DNA of 64,000 nucleotides, taken from contig OZ249445.1 of assembly GCA_965235115.1 (NCBI GenBank), positions 13,082,001 through 13,146,000 of the forward strand, written 5' to 3'. The stretch comes from Laetmonice hystrix. Taxonomy: Eukaryota. Below, piece after piece: positions 14,306 to 27,629 of this stretch. A model generated the notes under the pieces. The model searched no databases and was not told the DNA's origin. It worked only from the letters and a program-made list of their open reading frames with translations. The position numbers were made by a program, and so were the translations under genes. Each line of letters starts with the position of its first letter. Position 1 is the first letter of the stretch.

Positions 14306-15755
14306 ACTCCACATAAGTCAAGACTGTACAAGACTCTCCATCAACAGAATGTCAGGTTTCACTGACTGGTAGGCTAGAATTAAGATTGCGGCGATTAGCT
14401 TCTGGTCAGGCAGGTCATAGGGACGTTAGGGACGCTGTTAGGGACACACCTCCCCACCCCTACCAGTTCACATGCATAGGCTATACATGTATTTATTGAA
14501 AGCAGGTTGGCTAGCTTTCAATAGATGCAGCAAAGTGAACTGGCTTTCATTTCAGGACAACTTATTCACAATTCATACACATACCTCTATGATTGTTCTC
14601 TTTTTTTGTTATTTTATCACAACACCCCTGACCTTGTGACTAGGCCCAGTATGGAAAGCTGAGGACGTGCAGATCTATCGCTGGTCCACTTCAGCTGTTT
14701 CGATAAAGAAAGGTTTGTATATGATCTACAGTAAAACATATTATAAGAAGGAAAGTTAGAATTTATGTAGACCTACTTAATTTATTAATGTGAAGATTTC
14801 ACTCGAACTGACATTAGTAAAACGTAAAAAAAAATTTAATCATTATATAAATTATAGTTGTTGAAAGTTCTGAATATCTTTTACCTAACTTAAGTGGTAA
14901 ATGTACCGTAACTTCAATATTTTTCAAAACAATCATATCGCTACCTATTTTTCTTCCAGGGCTCCAGCAGAATTTTCTTTAGACGCATTCAGAATTTTAA
15001 CCAAGTAGACAAATTGTTGCTTGGCTTTCGGTCATTCAGATATTAACTGCCTTTTTACCACAATTTTGACTCGTTTGTAATTTTAATTAAAAGCAGGCTG
15101 TCCTGGTTTAAATGTTGCCTGCAACTCTGCTTTTGGCCTGCAGAGTTTTTTACGAATTGATGTCCATCAATTCGATATTTTTACAGTGTGCATCAGTGTA
15201 GAAATTCGTGGAGAGTGTGAGGTCAGAGGATACAGGAAGGTCAGAGAGGATCAGGGCTCTGTCGGTCGTGGTAGAGGCTTGTAAGGTTCATCTACCGGGG
15301 GTATATAGTTAACGTCATGGTTTTCACTTGAAGTGATCTTGCTGGTTAGAGGTTAGGTGTGATTTAGGAGCTTGTGATTTTTACACAACCAATGTGTAGC
15401 AGTGTGTCACAGTTGTTGCACGGTCAGGTTTAGGTGACTCTACTTACAGGTGCGAGGGTTATTTTGATTTATATTCATTGAGGTCGGTTACGGTGCTGAT
15501 TGTAGAGGTACAGATAGTATCTATTGGCCTATACTCTCCACGAACATTTGTAGGCCTACTGGCACATTCTTCATTTAAAAGACTTAAGAGAAAAACTGTA
15601 TACAGATCAAAACTCTTTCAAAATTAGCGGTGAGAAATTGATGAACACCGCAAATGATAGCAAGACCACAGCGAGATGCTCTGGATCAAATCTAGTCGGC
15701 GGTGGAAGTGGTCATCATTGATTTCTCACTGCAGCGGAAGAGTTGTTAAATAATA

Positions 15756-16613
15756 TATCGGGTGGATAAAAAAAAACGCCCCGAACTTTAAACTTTAATA
15801 TTTCAATAACTGTGCATTATAATTCAATAAAATTTCTCTTAATATAACTTCATGATGTTATCTCCTGTATGTTAAAGTTTCAGCTCAATAGCTTTGATAT
15901 TAATCCCGTGGCGCTAAAAACAAAAATCAGTGTCTAAAAACACAATGCCGGAATTAGGTCAAATATCATGCAGCTGCCAGGTGTCCAATTTGACACCTGT
16001 TTGATGCACCGCATTGTAACTTGGGTAAAAAAGTTTTCAATATCTAGTTTTTGCATGTTTTACAATATGTATAATGTTGTGAACCACTAGATATAATAGA
16101 TTATGTGCTAATCCTAGTACTTCTAGAGAAAACCAGATGTTTACTGTGCCAAACCCTACAGAGAAACTGCAACATTAGGACGATATGACTGTAACCAGAA
16201 GTTCAAGGGGAATCGTATCATTATCACGTTTAGCAACACGTTCAGAACGCTGCTTATTTCCCAATAATGGGAAGATAATTCCCTATCAGAGATCAGGAAG
16301 TGCATTGGCGCATGTAAAAAGAGACTGGGAGCAGTATGAAGTGAAAACGGGGGACCAATTGACCACCTACTCGAGTGTGAGGCCTGGGACTCTGGTGCGA
16401 CTACCACTCGCTTTAGCCCGGCATTGCGCTTTTGTACAATGATTTTTGTTTTTAGCCCCACGGACATATTATCCAAGCTATTGAGTTGTAACATTAACAA
16501 CTAAGAGACAACATCATGAAGTGTTAGTAAGAAAATTTTCATTGAATTACAATCAATACTTTTTGAGATATTGGAGTTTAAAGTTCGGGGCGTTTTTTTT
16601 TATCCACCCGATA
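15756..16613. mobile_element. Tc1/mariner-type non-autonomous element (858 bp) with ~200-bp imperfect TIRs
   Basis: TA|tatcgggtggataaaaaaaaacgccccgaactttaaact ... agtttaaagttcggggcgtttttttttatccacccgata|TA; the imperfect IR continues inward ~200 bp. Confidence 0.85.
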
Positions 16614-18352
16614 TAATATCCATTATATATCAGTACAAAAATATTTTGCAGCAATAATGCTTTTTCACATCATTTAGAAAGTAAAGAAAAAGAATGTTTT
16701 GATAATCCCATACAAAAATGTAATGTTGTGTATAACTTTCTTAACATGAGATTTACTCCGGATTTGTAGGCCCTACCATATATAGAACATCATTTTTGTT
16801 GTTAGTTTACTTCATTTCTTCATAGTAAAATGGTCGCGAAGTCTGAATGTTGGACAAACACAGACCCGTAGTAAACATATAATTATGTAAGGAAAGTTTT
16901 TGGTTTGTTGTCTAAGTAACTCACATAGACGCTTAGTCGTTGGCGGAACAGCAAAACCTCAAAAAGCTAGGAACACGAACGATACCGTAATACTTATTTC
17001 AAGAACCAGGTCAAATAAAGGTTTAGATATTTCTCGTTATTTTGTTTGCTGCTTTTCCTCTCCCTCAAATTTTAATCTATATTAAAAAGAAATAAATAGC
17101 TATAGGGCCTAAATAGTAAAGACTACGACGACAGCAACAAAAATAAGCAAGATTTCTTCCTTTCTGCACTTTGAATTTTTATTTATTTATTTTTTATTTA
17201 TTTACTTTATCGTGATAAAGTCTTGTAAACAATATTTCATATACTCCTTTTTCGAAAAATGAAAATGCCCCCTGGCAAACTGTCCACTCGCTAGGCTACC
17301 TTGGCCACAGATGCCCTGGCTATGCCGTTGGGGGCCCCCAGATTTCAAATGAGATGACAAGCAGTGATTCTTAGGTAAAATGCAGCAACGCCTGCTGGCG
17401 GGAACTTTGAGAAACAGTATATCTGAACGAAATCAGGCCGTGAATGATGAATTTAGTTCCATACAAGTCCATTAGGTGGCAGTGCTAATAGGGTGCTGCC
17501 GTCTAGCGGGTAATATGGGACTAATCCTTATTCGCCACGAAGCGCTGCTGTCGTCAATGACGTCGTCCTGCTCTTCGCCTCGGCGCTTCAAACATCATTC
17601 ATCTGCATAAATAGAGGCATAATAATCGCATGTCAACAATTTGAAAATAAGAAAGTCTGAATTGATCATCTAACCAAATCAAATGGAAAAATAGTCCCCA
17701 AACAATCGTGTGCTGTAAGCAAGAACTTGACGAATTTGTTCCAAACATTTCCGCTAGAGGGCGGGTTCGTTTCGATCTGCAGGTGCGCGTCTGTCACGTG
17801 TCCGTGCGGCCATTCCTATGGTGGATAACGAATGTTTGTTTGAGCAGTGAATTTTCGATTTAGAAGAGAAGACGCACGATTGACACACAATTTTGAAGCG
17901 GTAAGTGTAAATAAGGTCTATTAAGGTACCGTTTGGTATATGGTTTGTGTGTGTACACCGTGTATTTAGTGAAAAAAAACTTCGTTAAAAAATGGTCCAA
18001 GACAAGAGCAAGAGGGACTCTGTCCGTCGTCAGTCGGTGACATTTCGCGTGGCATGTCCATCGTGATTCGTGGTCGCTGTCTCTGACTCGATCTCTCGGA
18101 GATATCCAGGGGTCGAATTTTATCACGGCATTCATGCCTCCCCCATGATTTTAGGAAGGCAGGGTAATATGGCAAGGAGGGGGCATGTGTTGCACGGTCG
18201 GGAAAAGGTCAGGAAAAGTAAAGCCTAAAGCCGTGTTACCTGGCCCCTGGGTCCGGTTTGTAATACTAAGCCTAAGGCCAGTAAGTGGGGTGGAGTGGGG
18301 GGGGGGGGGGGTGGTCCGGGCAACCACCCGGAAACCCCCTGGGTACACCCTT

Positions 18353-18446
18353 GCTTATTTGCACAGGAAATGACCCAATGACAGCACATGATTCTAATCA
18401 CGTGACCAAATCGATGTTGCCATTCGCCGCCGCTGTGCAAATAAGC
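18353..18446. repeat. Small inverted-repeat element
   Basis: Perfect 14-bp IR gcttatttgcacag / ctgtgcaaataagc bracketing 94 bp. Confidence 0.6.
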
Positions 18447-18482
18447 CTGGCCATGTAGTACGTACTCACTGACACTGTCTTT

Positions 18483-18976
18483 GCTCCGCGTTAAGGATGT
18501 GGGACAAGCCATAGAGGATTTACCAAATGCGTGGGTTGGCTCGGTTTCAACGCCGTTTTCAAACGGTACCTTTCAAACCCCTGTCGCGATGTCTACTTAC
18601 AATAAAATGCCCATGTTAATGTGTATAGTCTTCGCTAGGATTTTGGTGAAGGAATTGTCTATTCGGAAGGTGATTTTGACTTGTCAGGCCTTTTGTTGTA
18701 AGTTGTAAGTTCAGTCCGACTTTTTGAAACTCTCCATCGCCATTCGGCACGCGTGATAACATGAATCGGCTGGTTCCGGTTCCATTTGCACATGCGCAGT
18801 ACCGACAAACAACAATGGCCAACAGTAACGAAACTTCGGTTCAGGGTATAAAAACGGCTGTAATATATTACAGAAGGAGCATATTACTTCCTAAACTATG
18901 CGCTGCACACCGTCGGATGTAAATGGAAGTAATCGTGTATTCATAGAGATATGAATCGGTGCCGTTTCTTTATTTG
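18483..18976 (+). repeat. Dispersed ~0.47-kb repeat, copy 1
   Basis: Shares both boundaries (gctccgcgttaaggatgtggga ... tgccgtttctttatttg) with 37927-38385; moderately diverged. Confidence 0.85.
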
Positions 18977-21195
18977 GCACATATTTAGACTATGATACAT
19001 GATCTACATGCCGACATGGCACATGTCATGGACTGTGATGCAGTTATCACTGAGGTGGCTGAGAGTGAGATTCACGACAGTCTGCCGGATAACCTTAAAC
19101 ATAAACCCAGACCCGCCAACTGTATTTGACTCTCAACTACGTTGCTACGCTCAGTCCTTCATATCCTTCATAAACAAACCTCTAGAAATGGCTATTTACC
19201 ACAAAAACCAACTTTTCGCCGCAGATTGAAAAAGAAGGTCCTATGTTAGGCATCACTTTCTGCTCACAATGTGCTCAGAATGCATCTTCAGGAAAGAACC
19301 CTTAATTTCATTCAAGTGCAAGTCGGTTCAGAAAGAGACATTTTTAGCATAGAATTACATAGGCTTTTTAAGCTTCTTTCCATATGAATTAATGTTATTC
19401 AGGCATTGAATTTGAATTTTTTCTAGGATCCAGGCAGGATCCTAAAATTTAATTAATTCCGATTCTTTTGGATCCCGCCTTAGCTTCTGGGATCCCGTCT
19501 CTCCCCCCCCCTTTCCAGTTCTCCTAAAAGTTGTCAGAATGTGCTAAATGTACTGAATGCACTGTCCTTGCTTTGCTGTTGGTAGAGGCCGTGAAAATAG
19601 CTTGTAAAGTTTGAGTCAGAGACGAGGGTAACCAGAATCGGTTTTGGTAAAAGACGATGGGTAACCAAATATTTGACGACGGTAATTGTCGCTTGAAATG
19701 TCCTGTTTCTAACGATTTCTTGGTGCTAATCAACATTTAGTTTGGTTTGCGGGCTCAACATTGAAAGGGCCTGGTTACCATTTGGTCATCTAACCCATGA
19801 TTACTGAAATAATCGCAAAGAAGTGGCCAACACGCAGGGCAAATTAGATTGGTTTTAGTTACCCTAGTAACTGATTCCAGGTACCCTCGTCTTAAGATTC
19901 CAACTCCAACTCGATCTCATACGCACTCCAATTACTCGCACGGGCCGCCATGTTACGTCACTGAACAGCTGATGGCTGATCTCGCAAGAATCACAAAATC
20001 ACCTATTGGTGCACTATGTTGGCAAGCCAGCTTTCAGATTAATGTTTCCCGACATAAGTAGTCTACGACATAGCTATACCCCAATTTACCTGATGTAACT
20101 CGGGGGCTTACCAGGGTTTGACAGATCCACTAGTTTAAGGTCCGGGACCTGCCTATTATTGCTTCGGACTTGTGAAAATATATCAATGGTAGTCCGACGG
20201 ACTCTTGCCCAGTCTTGGTTAAACCTACTGTCCTCGACAGGTGGTATCTGTCGGGGCCTGGTGTCAGTCATGTAGCAGGTCACAAACCTCCATCCTCCAA
20301 GGATGCTGTCAGAGGCCTGTGGCCTGTAATGGCAATGATGATGGCAATCTTAACATTTCCATAAACACTCCATGAAATTGTGGAGTTTTGGACCAGTGGA
20401 CCCAAGAGTAGGACCAGTAAATATTCTGAGTTACTGGTCCTGGACCAGTGACCCATAAAATAATTTGTCCAACCCTGCTTACGCAATGTAAGTTATGTTG
20501 GATGATTGCGTTCATATACAGGAGGCCACCTAAAACATCGGTGAGGCTTCAGAACAAGCAATTTTAGGCCGCAAATTACCAGGTCAAACAAATTGAGTTA
20601 TTTCCTTAGGAATCATCACCAGGTAATGCAGACGCATTTGTCATATTTACTGCAAGGTGGTGGGGGTCGAACTAATTCTCGACCATTCTCCAGACAGAGA
20701 TCGTTCCCTTTGTTCAATCTTTGCTACACATTGGGTACTGCTGTTTTAGTGACCCCTCACCTGACCTAAAAATCCCCAAATGGGACAGCCCAGCCAGACA
20801 TTTGCCAAGCTGGAATTGTGGCTGCTCGATTTAGTTGAGGCACTCTTGTTGATGGCACACAAACATCCAAATCTTTGGAGAAATTCCACCAACCGCTATG
20901 TTGGAACGGTAGTACCTAGTGGGGAAACAAGGCCAAACTAGAACCCTGAATGTTCACTTTCTGATTCTGTTAGACGGTCAGATTCGTAGTCAGTTGTCTA
21001 CTACTAGGAGTTTGTCAGGATTTTTGGGAATGACTCATGGACTCGCATGTAGAGTCCTTGGATAGTACGCACACTAACGAAAGCCCTTAGTACAAATTTG
21101 TATTTACCACCGGGGGTCCAAGGCTGATCACTCTAGGTGTAGCCAAAGGCTGAACAATATGCTGTGAACAATTACAAACTAAAAAGTAGTCCTGA

Positions 21196-21512
21196 GCCTA
21201 TTTTAAAACAAGTCTTTTTTCCCTTTTCTCATCCAGTTCATCTGAAAGTGTGGTGCCTTGACTGTAACAACATCCAAGAGCTGCTTCAAATGCTGGCCAG
21301 TGATGCATGCCATCTTCAGCATCCCTTGTATGGACTGACACCACTTCATGCAATGAAGACTTTGCAAGCACCGGTAAGTCATTTGTGTCAAGTTCATGTT
21401 CTGTTGGTAGCCTGGGCTTCCTCTATGCAAGAATTGTTTCTTCTCTGGATTTGAAAGTTTGTCAGGGGCAGGCTGGCGAAAACATGGTGTGTTTGATATA
21501 CATGGTGAATGG
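21196..21512 (-). pseudogene. Decayed coding remnant of unknown, probably transposon, origin
   Basis: ~105-codon frame (PFTMYIKHTMFSPACP*QTF...HWPAFEAALGCCYSQGTTLSDELDEKREKRLVLK*) with two internal stops; further protein-like frames at ~20600-20900. Family not recognised. Confidence 0.3.
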
Positions 21513-22614
21513 CTAGCGGAAGCCTAGTTAACCCATTTGTAAACATGCTTTGGTCTGTACTGTTGACATTTTTTACAGGTTTTTCAAAGATCCAAAAGGC
21601 ATTGCCTTTTAGGAGCTAAAGGAATATGAATGCAGGAACGTTTTGAGCGATAATGACAATAAAAGTAATGGTTCAGATGTTGGATAAAAACATGAAATTG
21701 AAGGTATTAAGCACAAAGAATCCCAAATAAAAGTCATCTATAGCTTACAAAGTACTTCAAAACTTGCAGGAATCGAAATCAATTAGAATTGATTTGCCTG
21801 GTATGTAAAATGCTAATCTAGCAATTGAAACAAGCAATGCAAAGTGCCAACAGTGGTGTTACAAGTGAAATCACGTCAGTAACTACTATTGTCCCATCTC
21901 TACATACCCAGGCGAATTATAATTGTTACATCTACTTAAACTCATGAAATATATTTCCAACTTAGATTCTTTTATGAATTATGACTGGCTAATAACCCGA
22001 CATCATCAAACTTTGCCCACACGCATAGTCTACATCCATCTGCAGCCACGGGTATGGCCACTGTGACTCTGCCGAAGCCAATCTGTGCGACAGTGTCATG
22101 GGGAGCCTTGCCTCAGTGGGCACCAGCTGACTGTTGACCTGTGAGATAATTTCAGAAGTAGGAAATCTTGTGCCAAAGTACCCAAGTGCTGAGCAGCAAA
22201 CATTCCAACCTGCTGCTAAATACTATGTACTAGCCAATATACACGAGAACGGTTTTTGGGTTGTACAAATTTTACTTAAGATTACCTGCAGAAGGGTGTG
22301 CCCACCAAAATTTTGCAATTTTCCAGAACTCCTTCCATTGCAGATTGACATCAATCAAATGAAGCTGGGCAATCATTGGCACATTGAGATATTTCAATTT
22401 CAAAAGCTAATTTTGTAAGAAGTCAAATTTTGGCCCTCAAAAAAATGACCCTTCTAGAGGCCCTAGAAAAAAAACCCATGGGGTTTAGGGACCTAGAAAT
22501 TGAGGATCTTTCTACCAATAGGCCTTCCACCAAAAAAAAAAAATTCAGGCAAATCTGAGAGTGAGATGGTCATATATCACCCACTGCCTGAATCTTAAAA
22601 AAATTGCCTATTAA

Positions 22615-22954
22615 AGGTGCTATTCGTCTCGCACAGAATTTCATTTCTCCTATCATACATTGTGCACATAGTACTAGAAAAAATTCCTACCGATACCATT
22701 GGCCTGATAAACCTTCTATTAGTTTGTGTGCAGCATTTGAAACCTATCTCGGTGCGCACCGAGATAGAGCCATTTCCTATGGTGGGGCGTGTCAGGGTCT
22801 CCACAGGCCTTCTGAGAGAGCCCCATTTGTGCCGTTATCCATGAAAAATTTTGATTTCCTTTGTTGTGAATCTATTTCCATGATAGGTGGGATCACATAA
22901 ACGTCAAAAAAATAAAAAATAAAAAAATTGAACTTTTCTTCACGAATAGCACCT
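22615..22954. mobile_element. Kolobok-type MITE (340 bp), TTAA target duplication
   Basis: TTAA|AGGTGCTATTCGT ... ACGAATAGCACCT|TTAA; near-identical inverted copy at 59564-59904. Confidence 0.85.
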
Positions 22955-23790
22955 TTAAGATTACCTGCAGAAGGGTGTGGTAACCGTCAATACGTGCACA
23001 ATCAGGGGATTTCAATGAAACCACAGTCAGCTAATGCTGCTGGTCCATTCGAGCAAGCTAAGGTAGGCAGGAACAAGCCCCTGTCTCTTCGCCTGCTCAC
23101 TACACTATTCTAAAGCCCAGGGAAGGGATGGGTTGTGGCGGTGGCTGACACAACCGTTCTTGGAGCCGTTTCATGTGTCTGCAAATGCACGGTGTTCAGT
23201 CTACTGAGTCTAGGTATCACGTCAGTAAACATATGCCACGTGCCTTTAGCGGGCAGGCCCTTTGAGACAAAGAGCGATGAAAAGTAGTCTGAATCTCAGT
23301 GCTAATAGTTTTTAATGTGTCTAAACTGTCTAGAAACAATCAATACTCTGTGGAAAAGCCACTTTTGTTGATTTTGATGTAACGACTGCCTTTCAATCTT
23401 TCATCCCAACGCACATGCCCCAAGCTCGAACAACAGACATTATCAAACAAGAGATACCTCTGTTTCTATTTCTGGGACGGAAGCACACCACACTGCCTAC
23501 AGAACATGATTGTGATGTTGAAGGTTTTTAGTTCAACGTCCGACTGTTGCCTAATCGTCAAGCACTGGTTGCTCGACGGACTATTATAAACCAGCCTTTA
23601 CTGAGATAAAGCCCCAAGAGCATGAGATCTTCTCCCGTTGTTGCCTCTTCATTGTTCAACAAAATCTGCAAAATAATAACAAATGCCATTGATCAAAATG
23701 ATCTCTGTCTCACGTTTTGGGCATTCTCCTGAAATGGAGGAAGTAAGTTATAAAGCCTCATCTTAACATGCGGTGCCTTACATGACTTAA

Positions 23791-24749
23791 AGCCATATGT
23801 AGGATGTAGGGAAATTGTAGTGATTTTCTTATATTACCTCCTGCATGTTACCAAAGACGTGTAAAAATATTTGCAATGTAGAGACAATACCGTACCTCTG
23901 TGTTACCTGCAGTACGACCGAAAATTGCGATCAATAGTATTAGACCATAAAACATGCCATAATTCCACCACCATTGGATTTGAACTGGAAGGGAAATCTC
24001 TCACGTGATTTTCTATGCAATTCTTGATGCCGCAGCCAAATACGACGGCGACCTCATTGTGCATCGAGCCATGTAGCGATCACCCGACAGAAGAAGCTCA
24101 AGCTCATATTTTATTTTACAGGAAAATACATCTGTCGCATTCACATTACCGGTATATAGACAGGAGGGGGGACGAGCGGGCCTCCAAGGGTGATATTTTT
24201 TGTTGTTGAAAAATCCAACATGAGATGGATTCACCATTTGCAATCTCCCATATACCCCGGCCCCCAACATTAGCCCTGGAGGCACCAAAGCAACACTAGC
24301 ATTGTCAGCTGCTCGAAAGCCGAGAACTTACCATAAATGAACCCAGCTGTCAAAAGCAGACGCGATATAAACTCGATGTTTCGACCTATTCTGATCCCGA
24401 GCAAACTTCTTACACTTCTTCACTGATTCATTTGTACATGGACCCGGCATGATGTTTATGTTGGTTGGGAAAGCCCTCCCCATCCATGTGCACCCTGAGT
24501 GAGAGAACCTGGTTCAGAGCGAGAAACTGTGTAGGACGTCGCATTTTCATGAGTTGATGATTGTAAACAATCTACTGAAAAACGTTTTTCACAGTCGATT
24601 ATGGGGTGCAGGTTTGCTCACCAAATTTCGCAAGAATCACAAGTAAACAGATGGCTTTTGGGGTACTGTTAACTTAAGATTACATGTTTCTGTGCAGCTA
24701 GGATAAAACCAGTATGATACTAGAGAAAATTAGGGATAAGGATATTACT
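23791..24749 (-). mobile_element. Kolobok-like DNA transposon derivative with decayed coding remnant, copy 1
   Basis: Right end attact|TTAA shared with the copy ending at 52126; tentative left end TTAA|agccatat. Minus-strand frames GRAFPT...ESVKKCKKFARDQNRSKHRVYIASAFDSWVHLW*VLGF and FGCGIKNCIENHVRDFPSSSNPMVVE are conserved in the 40-41-kb copy. Confidence 0.55.
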
Positions 24750-27016
24750 TTAATTAGTGAACGGATTAATGCCTGTTGAGAAAGGTTACATTGGTGTAAA
24801 CACCAGCACCTGACTACACGGGACATGGTACAGCCTCTGGCCGTCAGCCTGCCATGCAGGACCGTGCACAGACCACTGCCACCAGTGAGTCGCAATTTTG
24901 TTTTGCATTAGTTGGTTATATATTGCAAAACGCGCATTTTGAATCGGGAATTGTGATACAATACCTCATATCTTGAGCCTTGTGGATTCAACAAAGGGGC
25001 TGGGCTTCTGAAATACCTGTCATTTATACATTTGCAAACAATCTGTTGGAAAGATACCTGAGAACTTCTGATAAAGGTCAGTGTAGTGTGGAGGATTGTT
25101 CTTTAGTTATTGTTGCCTGTTGTTGATTGTTGTTGATTGTTCCAAAAGGGAGGTGTATGCTAAGTAGGGCAAGCCCCTTACTGGGTCAATATGGCATTGG
25201 GAATTAACTAACTAATAAAGTTTCATCCCCAAGAATTACCGTTTTGATGTAAAAGAAAATGGATTAAAAAGGCACGAAATTGTGAGGTCTGACTGTTTTC
25301 TCTGAGTAAAAAGATCTGCCCTATCAGTTCCAATTTTATTTTATTTATTTATGCTATACACGTAATGGGCCATCCTTAAATCCCTAAGGTGTGGATCCTT
25401 CTGAAAAGTATCCCAGTTTGGGAGTGCTCACTATGATTCTTACAGTTACACCCTTGAATACACCCATTCTTACACCCTTAAATCATAAATTATCGATTTG
25501 ATCTTTTGAAAATAGGATTAAAGAAAGATCTGTTATTTTTCACGATATTTTAGATTTAAGAAGTTGTTAATTCGTTCTCTACATAATCAAATGTGTATTT
25601 TTTTCTCGTTAAAGGTCAGCCTGATGATGTAGTCGGAGAAGGTCAACCTGATGAAGAAGTCGGAGAGAACGCAATATTATACTTGACCCAGAGAAGTCAG
25701 ACATGAAAACAACGATTCACCAACTGTGACATTCAGAATACTGCGTGTAATGTGCTCTCAACAGTGAATGATTAGGTTTCAGACATGGTGACAAAAAGTG
25801 CGAACTTTATCTCAAAATTCGAAGGAGTTTTACACAAGAAGAGTCTAGCGACTTAAAGCTACTTAAAAAAGTGTTACTATGGTTTAGTTATGGATTTCCT
25901 GTTTTGGGCCGTGGTTTCACTATTGAGCCACTGTTGGTGGTAGCAGCACACTGTGGGATCAGATTGGTTAAGACTGACTGCGAGTCGGTATGTAGAGGTG
26001 ATAGTAAATCCACCCCGGACGGCTCCGTGGGCCTGTTACGAGGTTTCCCACCCTTTTTTCGGCCTAGTTCCAGCCCCATTCATTTCCCCTACTTGCTTTG
26101 GACACGGTTCAGACGTTTGGGCTTTCCTCACAGGAATCCTGAATGAACGAATATCAAATTCTCATAATAAATCAAAATTATTTTGTTGATATGAAAGGGT
26201 TGGGAGATTTGGTGCAGTTTAAACTCCAGAGTGAGACGTAGATGGCTGGGATGGTGTTGATCTCCTGGCTGTACACGACGTTTTGACCTAGACTTGGTCT
26301 CACACTGTAGCATGCTCTCAAAAACTGAAGAAACACAACCTTGTGTGCAAAACAGGAAAACCTGCTCTTTCAAAACCTTAGCATAGAGAGGAAACTTCAC
26401 AACATCATTGTCCCGTGTTTCTACCTTATTGTCTAGATGTAACAAGGTTGTTAGACGTGTAAATATTAGACTTATTAGACTGAAGGGCAAGATCTCAAGA
26501 ATATATGTACGGAAACCGAATGTAGGAATTTCATTTATTTACAATTTATTTACAACAGGGACAGAAGCACCTACCAGTAGTACAACGGGGTGCCTGACGT
26601 ATTTTAGAATATTTTAGGTTGTCTTTCATGTTTTCTTAATGTGGACGGAGGAAAAAGTAGGGATATACGGAATCGTAAAGTAGGAATTTCATTTTCAAAT
26701 AGGGAGAGAAAGGACCTACCAGTAGTAGAGCTGTGGTCTTTGATGTAAAGATGTTTTTCATGTAACTGCTTTTTAATTGTCATGTAGTTTAGCTTTATTG
26801 ATTGATTGTTGTGTATTAATGTAGTATATTATTTGTTCGGCAGAAAGCTTTTGTGCAGTACTGTAAAATAGGCTAAAGTTGGTGGTCGGAAAGTTTATGT
26901 ATGTAAAACCTTCATGTATTAACAAAGTATATTGTTATAATGTTGGCCCCGTGGTCACGCAGTAAGATTGGAAGTGATAGCCTATATATTAAAGATTTTT
27001 GTGGTTCCGTTTTTCG

Positions 27017-27159
27017 CCACCAGGGGGCGCTCGAGCCAGCAAGGGGCTGGGCAGGTGGTTGGTCACGGATGACCGGGCTCATCACCAGGGGGCGCTCGAT
27101 CCGGTGAGGGGCTGGCCGGGTGATCGTCACGGATGACTGCGCTCTTCACCAGGTGGCGC
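27017..27159 (+). promoter_or_regulatory. Array of three CTCF-consensus motifs, ~65-bp period
   Basis: ccaccagggggcgc (27017-27030), tcaccagggggcgc (27082-27095), tcaccaggtggcgc (27146-27159). The motif is seen directly; binding is not shown. Confidence 0.55.
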
Positions 27160-27629
27160 TCGACCCAGTGAGGGACTGGCCAGGTGACTTGCTTGGACTC
27201 AGTGGTTGTGAGTACCCGATTCTATGTGTATCTTGGTTTGTTTTCAAGGCTGGACCTGTGCTGAAGGGTTTATTATGTCCATTGTGTTACTGAGTATCAA
27301 ATTACAGCGGACTTCCATGTTAGCTGTTGTGTCATTGTGGTGCTAGGTGATGTAGACGACAAGCAAGCCGGAGTGAGATCCCAAATGTGTGAGTTGACAA
27401 GTTTATGTGTTCATCTGACTTCAGAGAAATCTGTGGTGTCATGTAGTATGTAACTGTTGGTGTAACATTCCTTTGGTCATATGCATTGGTCATTGTTATG
27501 TGTCTACCTTTGATGTCACGAATTGGAAAAAGGTTTGATTAGGCAGAGGGTTTGGTAACCTTAGTGGTTTTAATACCAAGGGGGCTCTTATTATTATTTA
27601 GTAATTTAGTAATATTAGTAATTTAAAAT

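Noticed and set aside
25615-25670. Hammerhead ribozyme (ctgatga x2)
   Set aside because: No GAAA core or flanking stems; it is a ~27-bp tandem duplication.
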